A stretch of DNA of 64,000 bases, from the NCBI RefSeq assembly GCF_001194135.2, contig NC_069001.1:29559830-29623829 (forward strand). The letters run 5' to 3'. Positions within the stretch are counted from its first letter, which is position 1. Each line of letters starts with the position of its first letter. Below, piece after piece: positions 25,653 through 37,135 of the stretch. The position numbers and the translations under genes are program-made. Source of the DNA: Octopus bimaculoides. Taxonomy: Eukaryota. The notes beneath the pieces were generated by a model. The model worked only from the letters and a program-made list of their open reading frames with translations, ran no database searches and was not told the origin of the DNA.

Positions 25653-26180
25653 TGTGTAGGAGATGATGAACATAACCCATTGTCTTGGAAATAGTTTGTG
25701 AAGTATTTTTGAAAACGTGTGTAAAATGAGAAGCGACCCCATATTTTAATGTGTTTTCTTTGTGTTTTTCATTTGTCGTGTTAATTATATCAATATTGTT
25801 GCACTATGATAGTTCTCGACAGCCATCCGGGAAATATCCTGATCAAAGAGCAGTAGATATCTATCAAAGTACCCGAGAATTACTCTTTAATTACAAATGA
25901 ATAATACGCAGCAAGCATATATTAAATTTTAGTGTTTTGTTTAGATCTCATAAAGTAGAAAGGTTGTGCATAGTAGCTGTCAAAAAACACAGACATCTCA
26001 TCAAAACGGAGCGCATTATATATAACAAATGCATGGCTCGCATTCAATTTTAACGCCCTGTATACTTCTATGAGAATTAATGTACTGAGAAGTGATCTGT
26101 ACAGGCAAGGGATAAAACCAGTGAAGAGAATGTCTTGGCAGCATTTGTTTATGCAATTAACTTAAAATCGAAAAAAAATA

Positions 26181-26216
<36 letters not shown>

Positions 26217-26238
26217 TCACATGCACACACACAAACAT

Positions 26239-26271
<33 letters not shown>

Positions 26272-26968
26272 GAAATGTATTCATATGATATGTAAGTATA
26301 GGTGTGTGTTTAATGTATTTTCTTCTATTGTGAAACGGCAACTCAACATCCATCCCTCTCGATGTCCGATTTTGAAATTATTATTGCGTTCTGAATCTAT
26401 AAACGTTTTAACGGACTTCAGAGGAATTTTCAAAAAATGTAATTTGTATTCAACATATGTTACATTGCATAAGTATAATGGAGATTTGCAAGGAAGGATG
26501 CTTCGAATGGAGTTACTTCTACCTAGCGTAAAACATTCCATTCAGTATTATTTCCGACACGATATCTAATATATGATCACAATTTAGGGTGTTTAACGCC
26601 TTCTTAATGCACGATATCGAAGACAATTCTAGTGAAGCTTATAGCTTAGGAAAATGGGGATGATTACTTTTCTGGTAACCTGGTAATATGTAGAAAGGAC
26701 ATGAAAGCAACACGAAAATAGAAATGAAATACCAATTATTGTGTGTATGATATTTGTAAGAGAAAGCTAAAATTCTTTATAGCTGTTTGTATTACATTTT
26801 TAGAACTAGTTGTTTTGGATGATGAGAATCAGATATGTTCTCCATATATTTACATGAAAGATAACAGTATATAAGTTCTTTTCTTTCACTGTTTTAAAAT
26901 CAAACGGTTACGGAAAGAACAGAGCGAGCTTAGAAATACAAATTTAAATAAAGTAAAATGATACGTGG

Positions 26969-27001
<33 letters not shown>

Positions 27002-27447
27002 CTTCAATAGAAATTTCAACAGAAATCATCGATCACCTATGTAAATGAGGCTTGTCTCCCGAATACACCTGGTATAATCATATATTCCATTTAAATAAAT
27101 CCTGAATATGAAAACGCAATTTATGCATTCAATCATTGGCCGCCAATTCCACCGTGTGTCATTTGAAATGTTAGTTCATTCTGAAGGACAGAAATATGCT
27201 AGTACCAAGATAACATTCTATTGAGAAACAAACCATGACCGGCTTTAGAAATTATGTCTTCTAACAAGCAAGAGTGTAGGTATATGTTATAATGAAAGAT
27301 GTCAGCGACATGGTAAATAAGTGCAGAAATATTTTATGAATATTTTTTCAAATTATTTATTTCATGGTTAGATAATTCAATAAACATCCTAAACGGATTC
27401 TTGTAAGATGCAATAATTTCCTGTATGTGTTTTCAAATATATTCACA

Positions 27448-27540
27448 GTCGTGGCACCTCGGGTGACTGTCTTACTGTCAAGCTGATCGAAGCCGTCGAT
27501 TGAATTCAATAGACGGAAACTGAAAACCGACTATCGTGTT
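27448..27540 (+). mobile_element. SINE family B core fragment
   Basis: CGTGGCACCTCGGGTGACTGTCTTACT...ATAGACGGAAACTGAAAA. Confidence 0.55.
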
Positions 27541-27693
27541 TGTGTGTATATATATATTTATATGTATGCATGAGTGTATTTGCGTGTGAACGTTTATATA
27601 TATATATATATNNNNNNNNNNNNNNNNNNNNNNNNNNNNNNNNNNNNNNNNNNNNNNNNNNNNNNNNNNNNNNNNNTGTGTACACACACACAT

Positions 27694-27728
<35 letters not shown>

Positions 27729-28465
27729 AACATATGTAAAGGAGGCCACTAGGTGGACTGTTAATGTGCTAGAAGAAGATCGCACGACATGTGTCTACTA
27801 AGAACGGGTAATTCTCAAAGGGAATTTAGCGAAGTCACAAAAACGTAAAACTGGCAACACATATGCATTCGTGTGTGTATGCGTGTGTGTGTGTGTGTGT
27901 ATGTGTGTGAGTGTGTGTGCGTGCGTCCTTGCCGCAAAACACCGCTTGACAATAGATGTTTGATTATGTGCCCCCCTTTCCCTTAGCAGTTCGACAAAGA
28001 TACGACAGAATACTGTAAGAATTATATAAATATAAATAAGAGATTGAGAAGAATATTTCAACAACATTTTAACAAATATTAATGGAATAAATGATGCAAA
28101 TTGTACCAAAGTATATATAAATTATTAGTGACGTACACAAACGCAGAATCACTATAGAAAGTGAATCTTCCCTCTGTCCTTCAAAATATGTCGCATTTAA
28201 TTATCTTCGACGAAAGTATTGCAAGAAAAGCGAATGAAAACTTTTAAAGACACTCGTTAAATTTATCCAACATTATCTAGATTGAAATTAAACTTAAGTC
28301 TTATTGACTTTGGAATTTATTTTTGCTTTACTTTTTTATTTGTTATATTTAATCAGGCAATACACATGGTAAGATTTTATATTAGTAACAGCGTGTCGAA
28401 AATTAAAATTGTTACTGTTTTGAAGGAAATGAAACAAACACACAGACATACACAGAGAGAGAGAG

Positions 28466-28500
<35 letters not shown>

Positions 28501-28527
28501 CGTACACGTACATACATACATACATAC

Positions 28528-28568
<41 letters not shown>

Positions 28569-28670
28569 TGTAGGTACATATAGACACAAACACGCACATA
28601 TAAATATATAAATGTCATATTTATATATATTTATACACGTGTATACATATATGCATATACGTATATGTAC

Positions 28671-28713
<43 letters not shown>

Positions 28714-29067
28714 GTGTGTGTGTGTGTGTGTTTATGTATACACATCTAGATACATAGATACCAAGAGTGAATTTCACAGACAGATACATATGTATGTGTA
28801 TATACGTACATAGCTACACACATACACACACATGCACAAACACACACGCATATATATTTATATATTAATGGGAGAAGCAATATTAACCAAAACTAAGATG
28901 AGTTAGATGAATTACATGTAAAGAAAATGAAAACCTAAAACTAATCATTTTAGGCATTCAGCCAAAAAATGGGAAAAAAAATTACCGACCAATCATTTTG
29001 AGAAAACTTTGATTAAACTAGCAAATTTAAATTATCATGCATAACCGGAGCCCTGCACAAACACAAC

Positions 29068-29096
29068 AATAATAATAATAATAATAATAATAATAA
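29068..29096. repeat. (AAT)n microsatellite directly abutting the RT fragment
   Basis: Direct inspection. Confidence 0.95.
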
Positions 29097-29635
29097 GTGA
29101 TCCCACTATCAAACGAACTGAGTAACATCATGTATGGGTTCAAATTGAATAGTATAGTAGTAAACCTTCTGTTTTATATGGACGATTTGAAGCTGTAACA
29201 GCAGGGCTGTCAAAAACTGTTAAAGAGTTCAGCAATGACATCGGGATGGATTTTGGATGGAGACGGCATACAACATGCTTCTATGAATGAAAAAAATATG
29301 GAAGTAGTATTACAGAACTCAACTCTGAAAATTACATGGACACCATTAACATCCTGGCACTTGAAGTAGTCCAATACAGTTTTTAAATTATTAGGTGGAA
29401 TCTAACAGAACTCGAACACCATGATAGGAAGACAAGAAAACTACTAACATCTAACAACATCCGCCACCGAAAAGCAGGCGTTGATTGTCTGTACCTATCT
29501 AGAAGTAATGGGGGGAAGAGGAATGATGGGGATAGAACTGCGCTATAGGACCTCCATAATAGTAATGAACAAATGCTTGTCGTACAAACACTGGATCTAT
29601 AAAAAAATCAATAAAAAAATCACCGAAAGAATGTA
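29097..29635 (+). mobile_element. R4/Dong-like non-LTR retrotransposon reverse transcriptase fragment (decayed)
   Basis: VIPLSNELSNIMYGFKL..NLLFYMDDLKL (YMDD 29175-29186), TVKEFSNDIGMDFG, INILALEVVQYSF, IIRWNLTELEHHDRKTRKLLT..HRKAGVDCLYLSRSNGGRGM. These are typical of this RLE-type RT and thumb region. Confidence 0.8.
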
Positions 29636-29643
29636 AAGCAAAT

Positions 29644-29790
29644 TCGACCTCAGTGGAGGTTGAATTCAGAACGTATCGAACGGCGAAGTACTGCTATGAA
29701 TTTTGCCTGGCATGCTAACGATTCTGCCAGCTCACCGCCTTGAAAACGGTTTCAAATTTCGGCACAATTCCAGCTATTTCGGCATTGCTT
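29644..29790 (-). mobile_element. SINE family A head (29644-29740) plus an adjacent type-2 tail fragment
   Basis: CATGCTAACGATTCTGCCAGCTCACCGCC; TTTCAAATTTCGGCACAATTCCAGC. Confidence 0.75.
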
Positions 29791-30234
29791 TGGTTCCACT
29801 TTACACCTCGATTTGACTTGGTGTCTCGTATCGAGTTCATTCTTCAGTATTTCACACAGATTTTCCTCTTCCTTTATTTCGTTCTTTGATATCCCTAACA
29901 TCTAGTCTCATACACCTAAAAGTACTGTTCAAGACTGTGACACTTTTCTGAAGCATTTATGACTATGTATCCTCTTGTTTTGTACAAATAGCGAACTATT
30001 GAAATGCTTGAGGGAGGTAAACCTGCATCGTTGCGTTGCATCTTTTGCATTGCATTCATCCATTATTTCATGGATGTCAGTGTACGCTCCGCTAACGGAA
30101 ATGTGCCTCACAAGAGATTAAATCAATAGCAATTTACTGTAGGCAGAAATTGCAAAAGCCTATTTAAATGTATTAGAAGTAATGTTCCTGATGGTGATTA
30201 TGTACATATATAGACATACACATGTATATATATA

Positions 30235-30292
<58 letters not shown>

Positions 30293-30303
30293 GTATATAT
30301 ATA

Positions 30304-30349
<46 letters not shown>

Positions 30350-30415
30350 ACATACACATGTATATATATAATATATATACATATACATATATATACATAC
30401 ACATGTATATATATA

Positions 30416-30463
<48 letters not shown>

Positions 30464-30499
30464 AATATATATACATATACATATATATAATATATATAC

Positions 30500-30531
<32 letters not shown>

Positions 30532-30754
30532 ATANNNNNNNNNNNNNNNNNNNNNNNNNNNNNNNNNNNNNNNNNNNNNNNNNNNNNNNNNNNNNNNNNN
30601 NNNNNNNNNNNNNNNNNNNNNNNNNNNNNNNNNNATATATATATATAGCGCATCACCTGTTGACAGGCTTTCTACCAGTGGACCAATGCAGCCATTCGAG
30701 TATATTTTCATGGTGATCTAGAGTAACAAAACAGAAAACATATGTATATATAAT

Positions 30755-30831
30755 ATGGGCCGAACCACTGGGAAACTGAATACCATATCAGTGTTTACAT
30801 GGCTCCGTACACACTGAATTTAGTCACATTG
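30755..30831 (+). repeat. ~77-bp repeat, copy 1 (second copy 31046-31121)
   Basis: ATGGGCCGAACCACTGGGAA is identical in both copies; the rest is roughly 70-75% similar by eye. Confidence 0.8.
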
Positions 30832-31003
30832 TCCACCCATCTATTTCAGCCAAACTTCAAGTATAGATAATTTTAGTCTAGTATATATATATTTATATAT
30901 TTGTAAACAAACCCGAAGGTTGGAAATTACATAGAAAAGAGACACACATGTGTCCTTTTTAATAATGACTGAATATATATGAGCTGTATAATAATATAGG
31001 CTC

Positions 31004-31156
31004 CATGTAAAATGACTAAACCTAAACAATTAACTGAAAAAAAAGATGGGCCGAACCACTGGGAATTGAACATGATATTAATGCTTATATGTCTCCTTAC
31101 GCACCGACTTCAATCACATAGCACAGTCGATTGTTTAGGTTTAGTCGTTTTAAATG
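31004..31156. mobile_element. Short TIR-bounded element (MITE-like)
   Basis: AAAATGACTAAACCTAAACAATTAACTG (31009-31036) versus the reverse complement of CAGTCGATTGTTTAGGTTTAGTCGTTTT (31124-31151): 3 mismatches in 28 bp. Confidence 0.75.
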
Positions 31157-31429
31157 CAGAATATATTATTTTATAAATAATATAGTTTTTATTTACACGA
31201 TAATTATGAGTAAAAAAGGACTTATGTGTATCACCCTACTCCGTATTCTACAGCCTTTGGGTTTGTTTACAAATTTATGAATATTTAATATATAATTATG
31301 AATACATATATATAGTATGTTTTCCCGTTGCCCTTATTGATACCTGTTTATATTTTTACTTTGAAAGGTATTTCAATATGCTGGCCTCTGATAAAATTTT
31401 ATTTGAAAAACGTTATCGTTTTATTAGAA

Positions 31430-31471
<42 letters not shown>

Positions 31472-31622
31472 NNNNNNNNNNNNNNNNNNNNNNNNNNNNN
31501 NNNNNNNNNNNNNNNNNNNNNNNNNNNNNNNNNNNNNNNNNNNNNNNNNNNNNNNNNNNNNNNNNNNNNNNNNNNNNNNNNNNNNNNNNNNNNNNNNNNN
31601 NNNNNNNNNNNNNNNNNNNNNN

Positions 31623-31670
<48 letters not shown>

Positions 31671-31989
31671 ATGTATGTATGTATTATCTTGCTTGTTTCA
31701 GTCTTAGTATGCATCTTACTACACATCTAGCTACTCCCGCATTATTTAATTTCATTTTAGATCACATCTGGTAATGTACTAAATAGTAATTTAAAACGAG
31801 TCACGCCGAAAAAAAGATGTGGAACATTGATGATGACTTTACGTTGAGTAATAACAACAAAAAGGAACGTAAATTGAGGTGAATTAAATGAAAAGTTTTA
31901 ATAGAGAACAACTTTAATTACAGTATTAACTTACGTAATATCTCCAATGGACATATTAATAATGTTAGTGATGAAACAGAAAGAAGGAA

Positions 31990-32155
31990 GGGAGATGATG
32001 ATGATGGTGGTGGTGGTAGGTTGGTGGATAGTTGTTATGACGATGACGACGACGATGATGAGGATGATGGTGGCGACGTGGTGCCGGTCACGCCGCCGCC
32101 GCTGATGACAACGATGATGAGGATAACGACGACGATGACGATGATAGTAACGATG
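31990..32155. repeat. Compound GAT/GGT/GAC/GCC trinucleotide tract
   Basis: Direct inspection. Confidence 0.85.
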
Positions 32156-32486
32156 AGAAATTTATTGGAATCAAACATGTACGAAGGTAAGCTACCACTA
32201 CACACATTTTGCAATTAAGCTTCATATTGATTTCTATTAAATCCAGTGACGCATCAAGGAAAGTCAATGTTCATTGGTTAACTGAATATCTTGCAGCGTG
32301 ACAGGATTATAAGTTAAACGAAAATAATAGCAATAATAATTGCATGTGAACCAATGACAAGGATTGAAAAATGCAGGTATCATATCAATAGACCAAATAA
32401 TTGGAAACTGTTGTACGATAAAACCAGAAATTGGAATATAATACTTTTGTGGAGTAATAACTGTGCTTCAGTTTCTATCTTAATGA

Positions 32487-32896
32487 AAGCGGCAAGATGG
32501 CAGACTCGTCTTTGCGTTCTGAGTAAGTACTAATTTTGTTGCGGTCGATGTTGTTTTTTATCCTCTTGGTGTTGCTAAAATAGCATCAGTTGGACACTGG
32601 GGTCGATGAAATCAACCTGTTCCCTGCATCGAAATTGCTGCGCTTGTGTTAAAATTTGAAATCGATATCTGTCTTAAACAAGGAGCCAGCTGCCAGAATC
32701 GTTAGCACGCCCAGCAAAATGCTTTGCGGCATTTCGTCCGTCTTTAAGTTCTAAGTTCAAATTCCGTTCAGATCGATTTTGCCTTTGATCCTTCCGGCTT
32801 CGTTAAAAATATGTACCAGTCGTTGACTGGGGTCGAGGTAATCGACTTGCTCCTTGCCTGGAAATTACTGGCCTTGTACCAAAATTTGAAATCAAT
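32487..32896 (+). mobile_element. Two tandem SINE family A copies (32487-32667 with deletion; 32680-32896), tail type 2
   Basis: Both have CTGGGGTCGA and end in GAAATT.CTG..CTTGT..AAAATTTGAAATC. Confidence 0.8.
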
Positions 32897-33998
32897 GCCT
32901 AAAACTTTCGGTGTCATTTTATAACTATCAATATAATTAATGAGTTACAGAAATGAAAATATCGCTAAAATACATTAATGGGAGTTGCTTAATTGAAAGT
33001 CGAGACAACTATGAGAATTTGCATAATGTTTTCAAATACATACATATTTCGGTTTGTACACATTTTAATGATATAATATAATATAATATAATATAAAAAT
33101 GCATTCATTAAATAGAAAAGCATTCTCAGGCCCACGCAATTATATATGTGTGTTTGTATGTGAATATGTAGAATCGTGTACATATATGTAAATACATGTG
33201 TATGTGAGTGGATTTTCACATGTATGCATATGTATATGTATATAGAACAGGGCATAAATAAGAACAAAGAACAATACATTTCAGGTAAATGCATATTGAA
33301 TTATTTCAATACCCTTCAGCTTTGGTAATTATAGATGATATGAAAAGATTGTTCTCTTCAGAAAACAGATGTTATAACTGGGTATCCTTTTACAGATATG
33401 GTATGAGGATAATAGCAACACATTGTTTAAGTGTATGAATTACTAGTTGTCAGAGTCATCGGAAAATGATAGCTCATGTCCTCCGATGAAAGACAATGCT
33501 CTCCTAAAGTGATCTGTTACAAAAATCCCATATATTTCTCTATTTAATTTCGAGAACAATGTGATTATTTCAAAATAATTAACATGTAGAATTATGTACA
33601 TTATATATGCTTTGTATATTCTGAAAAGGCATTTGAATTTTATAGAATGTAGGTAAATACTACACAATTGATTTTTGTTTACATTGCCATAGCTAATGTA
33701 TTAAAGCAGTTGAATTGAATTAACTCTCGATTCTTTAAATCAGATACAGCCAATTTGTTTTTGAAGACATTAGTCATGAAACAGGCAGGTTGCACTTCAA
33801 CAATTTCAAGATAGTTACCTATATGCGTGCAGTTCAGAAATTCGACAAGTGCCGCAGTTTGCCCGTGGTTTTTCTAAATGTTTGAAGCTAGAATGAAATT
33901 TTCGAACGATTTAATAAACGTATCGGTTGCAGGTCATGATTATGCTAAATCATCTCCTGATGATGCAGAAATTATTTCAATGGCCTTCCCCATACTGT

Positions 33999-34215
33999 GG
34001 AGGGTGGTGGCATAGCAGTCAGGGTATTGGATTCATGACCGTAAGATTGTAGTTTCGATTCATGGACCGGGCGATGCATTGTGTCCTTTAGCAAAACATT
34101 TAATTTCACATCGCCCCAATCCACGCAACTTACAAAAGTAAATAATGCTTCGACAGATCGACGTCCTGTCCAGGTAGGGGAATATATACGCCATAAAACC
34201 GGGAAATGTTCCTAT
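33999..34215 (+). mobile_element. SINE family C (tRNA head, V-domain-like core)
   Basis: GGTGGCATAGCAGTCAGGG...GTTTCGATTC head; TTGTGTCCTTTAGCAAAACA..TTTCAC; GATCGACGTCCTGTCCAGG. Confidence 0.65.
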
Positions 34216-34400
34216 ACCTCTTATTTTCTTCTTATTATGTCTAGTAACACGATTATAAAATCTCTAGAACAAAAAATTATCCGTAAAAGTAATAGCAGAT
34301 TATACTTGAACTCGGTACGCACGATATTATATCTCCCTGAAGAAAATTCGATTAAGAATCTCTAGATTTCCCATGTTCATAGTATATTAAAGCTATGTAT

Positions 34401-34753
34401 NNNNNNNNNNNNNNNNNNNNNNNNNNNNNNNNNNNNNNNNNNNNNNNNNNNNNNNNNNNNNNNNNNNNNNNNNNNNNNNNNNNNNNNNNNNNNNNNNNNN
34501 NNNNNNNNNNNNNNNNNNNNNNNNNNNNNNNNNNNNNNNNNNNNNNNNNNNNNNNNNNNNNNNNNNNNNNNNNNNNNNNNNNNNNNNNNNNNNNNNNNNN
34601 NNNNNNNNNNNNNNNNNNNNNNNNNNNNNNNNNNNNNNNNNNNNNNNNNNNNNNNNNNNNNNNNNNNNNNNNNNNNNNNNNNNNNNNNNNNNNNNNNNNN
34701 NNNNNNNNNNNNNNNNNNNNNNNNNNNNNNNNNNNNNNNNNNNNNNNNNNNNN
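34401..34753. other. Assembly gap (353 N)
   Basis: N run. Confidence 1.
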
Positions 34754-34926
34754 AGGTAAATGCACACAGTTTACATAGTTTAAATATATTTTAAGAGTGA
34801 AAGAGTATTGTGTTTGTCAGTCGGCTTCGCTTTCGCTCATCATGACATGGAAATTGTCGTAAGTTCGTATATTCTTAAGGTTTTATTCTATGCTGTTTGT
34901 GAAGAAGTTTGTGAATGAATGAGGTT

Positions 34927-35084
34927 GCAGGTAGAAAAATTGCGGCACTACTCATTTTTGCCAGCTGAGTGAACTGGAGCAACGTGAAATAAAATGTCTT
35001 GCTGATGGACACAACGCGTCGCCCGAAATTGAACTAATGACCTTACGACAATGAGCCGAATGCTCTAACCACTAAGCCACGCGC
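34927..35084 (-). mobile_element. SINE family C copy
   Basis: ACTCATTTTTGCCAGCTGAGTGAACTGGAGCAACGTGAAAT...TCTAACCACTAAGCCACGCG. Confidence 0.75.
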
Positions 35085-35597
35085 TTTGAGAAGGCGTGGT
35101 AATTGGTCAGTGTTATTATTCGGGACAGAGGAGGTAATTGCTCATCTTTCGGGAGGATATATATATATTACAACTCACCACTTGGGAATATTCGAAATTC
35201 TCCTCCCTATATAAGCGTTTGTGTGCGTGTATTTGTGTGTATATATGAGCATGTTTGAATATTACTGCAATGAACTTCACGTTGCTGAAAGAATAATTCA
35301 GGAGGCGTTTTTTATTCTTTTGAATTATCATCCTTGACAAATTTATGGATTGTTGTCTCCTATCTATTTAATGTCAGAGAGAATAAAGAATGCACTTTTA
35401 TGCTTCTATCTTTCTTATTTTGAAAATATCACTTCCACGTGTGATTTTCACACCAGAGTGTTCATGTGACATTTCAGTATTTTCCCTTATTCGTTGAGTT
35501 GGCAACTATTTTATGTCCCTAGATTTTCCGAACGTGTGAACAAACATCTTACCCATTGACATTGTATCCAATACGCTTGTACACAACAAAAAATTTC

Positions 35598-37135
35598 GGA
35601 AGGTGTTACATATATGGTAGGAAGCTCAATTCCCAACCATAAGGTTCTCGGTTCCGTCCTACTGCGTGGCACTTTGGGTAAATGTTTTACCCTACAGCCA
35701 TGGGCATATCAAAGCCTTGTTAGTGGAGTTTGTACAATGAAACTGAAAGAAAGTTATCGTATATATATATACATGCATAAATACAGGAGTTGGACAAAAT
35801 AATGGAAACACCTAGCATCATAGCATCATAATTCTCGAAATATCTATAACACCGTCAAAAACTCATTTATTTTCATGTTTTTGATCTGCTATTAGTGTTG
35901 CTTAATATGTTTAGCTAAAATTGCTGTTTCTTTTCAGATATCATCAGAAAAAAGTTATTCAAAATACAGATCTTTCGGACTGACCTTCAAATAAGTAAAA
36001 TTATTGGTGCTCGTATGGTAGACGCTATCGTAACTTAAAAAGCCGAAATGTTTGGTGTATCAAGGAGTACTGTCTCGAAATAATGACAGCCTTTGAGGAA
36101 GAGGGAAACATCTCCTCATCGAAACAATACTCGGTCAGAAAGTCAAGACTTTGAGATAGGGACCGTCGGATTCTTACGCAATTTGTTAGAAAGGATCACA
36201 AAAGTACAGCTCCCAAAATTACTGGGAGGGTTAATGACCACCTCGAGAACCCAGTTTCCACAAAAACTGTTCACCGGGAGCTGCACAAAGCCGAATTTCA
36301 CGTGAGGGTTGCAATAAAACCACTACCTTCAAAAACAAACATCGTAAAGCATTTAGAGTGTAGAAAAAATCCTACAGAATTTGTCCCTAGAGCAGTGGAA
36401 GAATGTTATTTTCTCGGACCAGTCAAAATTTACCTAATTTCCGACCACTGGCCGAGTATACGTGTGGAAACAGCCAAAAGAAGCATTTGTCCCAGATTAA
36501 TTTATTCCAACTGTTAAACATGGAGGAAGTTCTGTGACGATCTGGGGGCGGTTATACATTAAAAATCCGCCGGCCCAGTGGTTGCCCTTCATGGCAGAAT
36601 CAATAGTTAAAACTATTTAAGGATTTTATCTGATCAAATTCATCCTATGGTTGGGGAACTGAATGTACTAATTCGAACAGCTAAAGTTGTTACTGAATGG
36701 CACAAGGAACGTTCTAGGGAAGTTGAACACCTTATCTGGCCACCACAGTCCGCAGATCTCATTATTATTGAACATATATGGTGCATTTTCGAAAATAAAG
36801 TAAGGAGTCGATATCTTCCATTATCATCACTACATCACCACACGAACTGGAGACTGTTTTAGCTGAAGAATGGACAAAAATTCCACTGGAAAGACTTCAA
36901 AATATGCCCGAGCCCATACCTCGTAGAATATATCAAAATAAATTCGTTTGAAATATAAAGGCGTTTCCATTATTTTGTCCAACCCCTGTATATAAGTGTG
37001 CGTGTGTATTCGTATGTGAGTGTGCGCGTCTATATGTGTGTGTATATGTGTGATCCCGATAGAAGTACTAGCCTTCTAAACAAAGACCACACAAGCCAGT
37101 GCTCCAGCAAGGCTGCAGTCAAATGGCAGATACTA
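35598..37135 (+). mobile_element. SINE family B copy split by the Tc1 insertion (5' part 35598-35783, 3' part 36991-37135)
   Basis: The 5' part ends in the (TA)n spacer. After the Tc1, (GT)n and the family B tail GATAGAAGTACTAGCC...GTGCTCCAGCAAGGCTGCAGTCAAATG resume. Confidence 0.75.
35784..36988 (+). mobile_element. Tc1-family DNA transposon, defective (1205 bp)
   Basis: 29-bp TIRs CAGGAGTTGGACAAAATAATGGAAACACC / GGCGTTTCCATTATTTTGTCCAACCCCTG (2 mismatches), with TA on both sides. Transposase remnants: FGVSRSTVS, DRDRRIL, VIFSDQSKF, TVKHGGSSVTIWG, WPPQSADLIIIEHIW. The second-D (QDDNA) segment appears deleted; frameshifts present. Confidence 0.95.

Noticed and set aside
26281-26569. Overlapping 86-94-aa ORFs on both strands
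   Set aside because: Their length is within chance range, and they show no homology cue or convincing splice sites.
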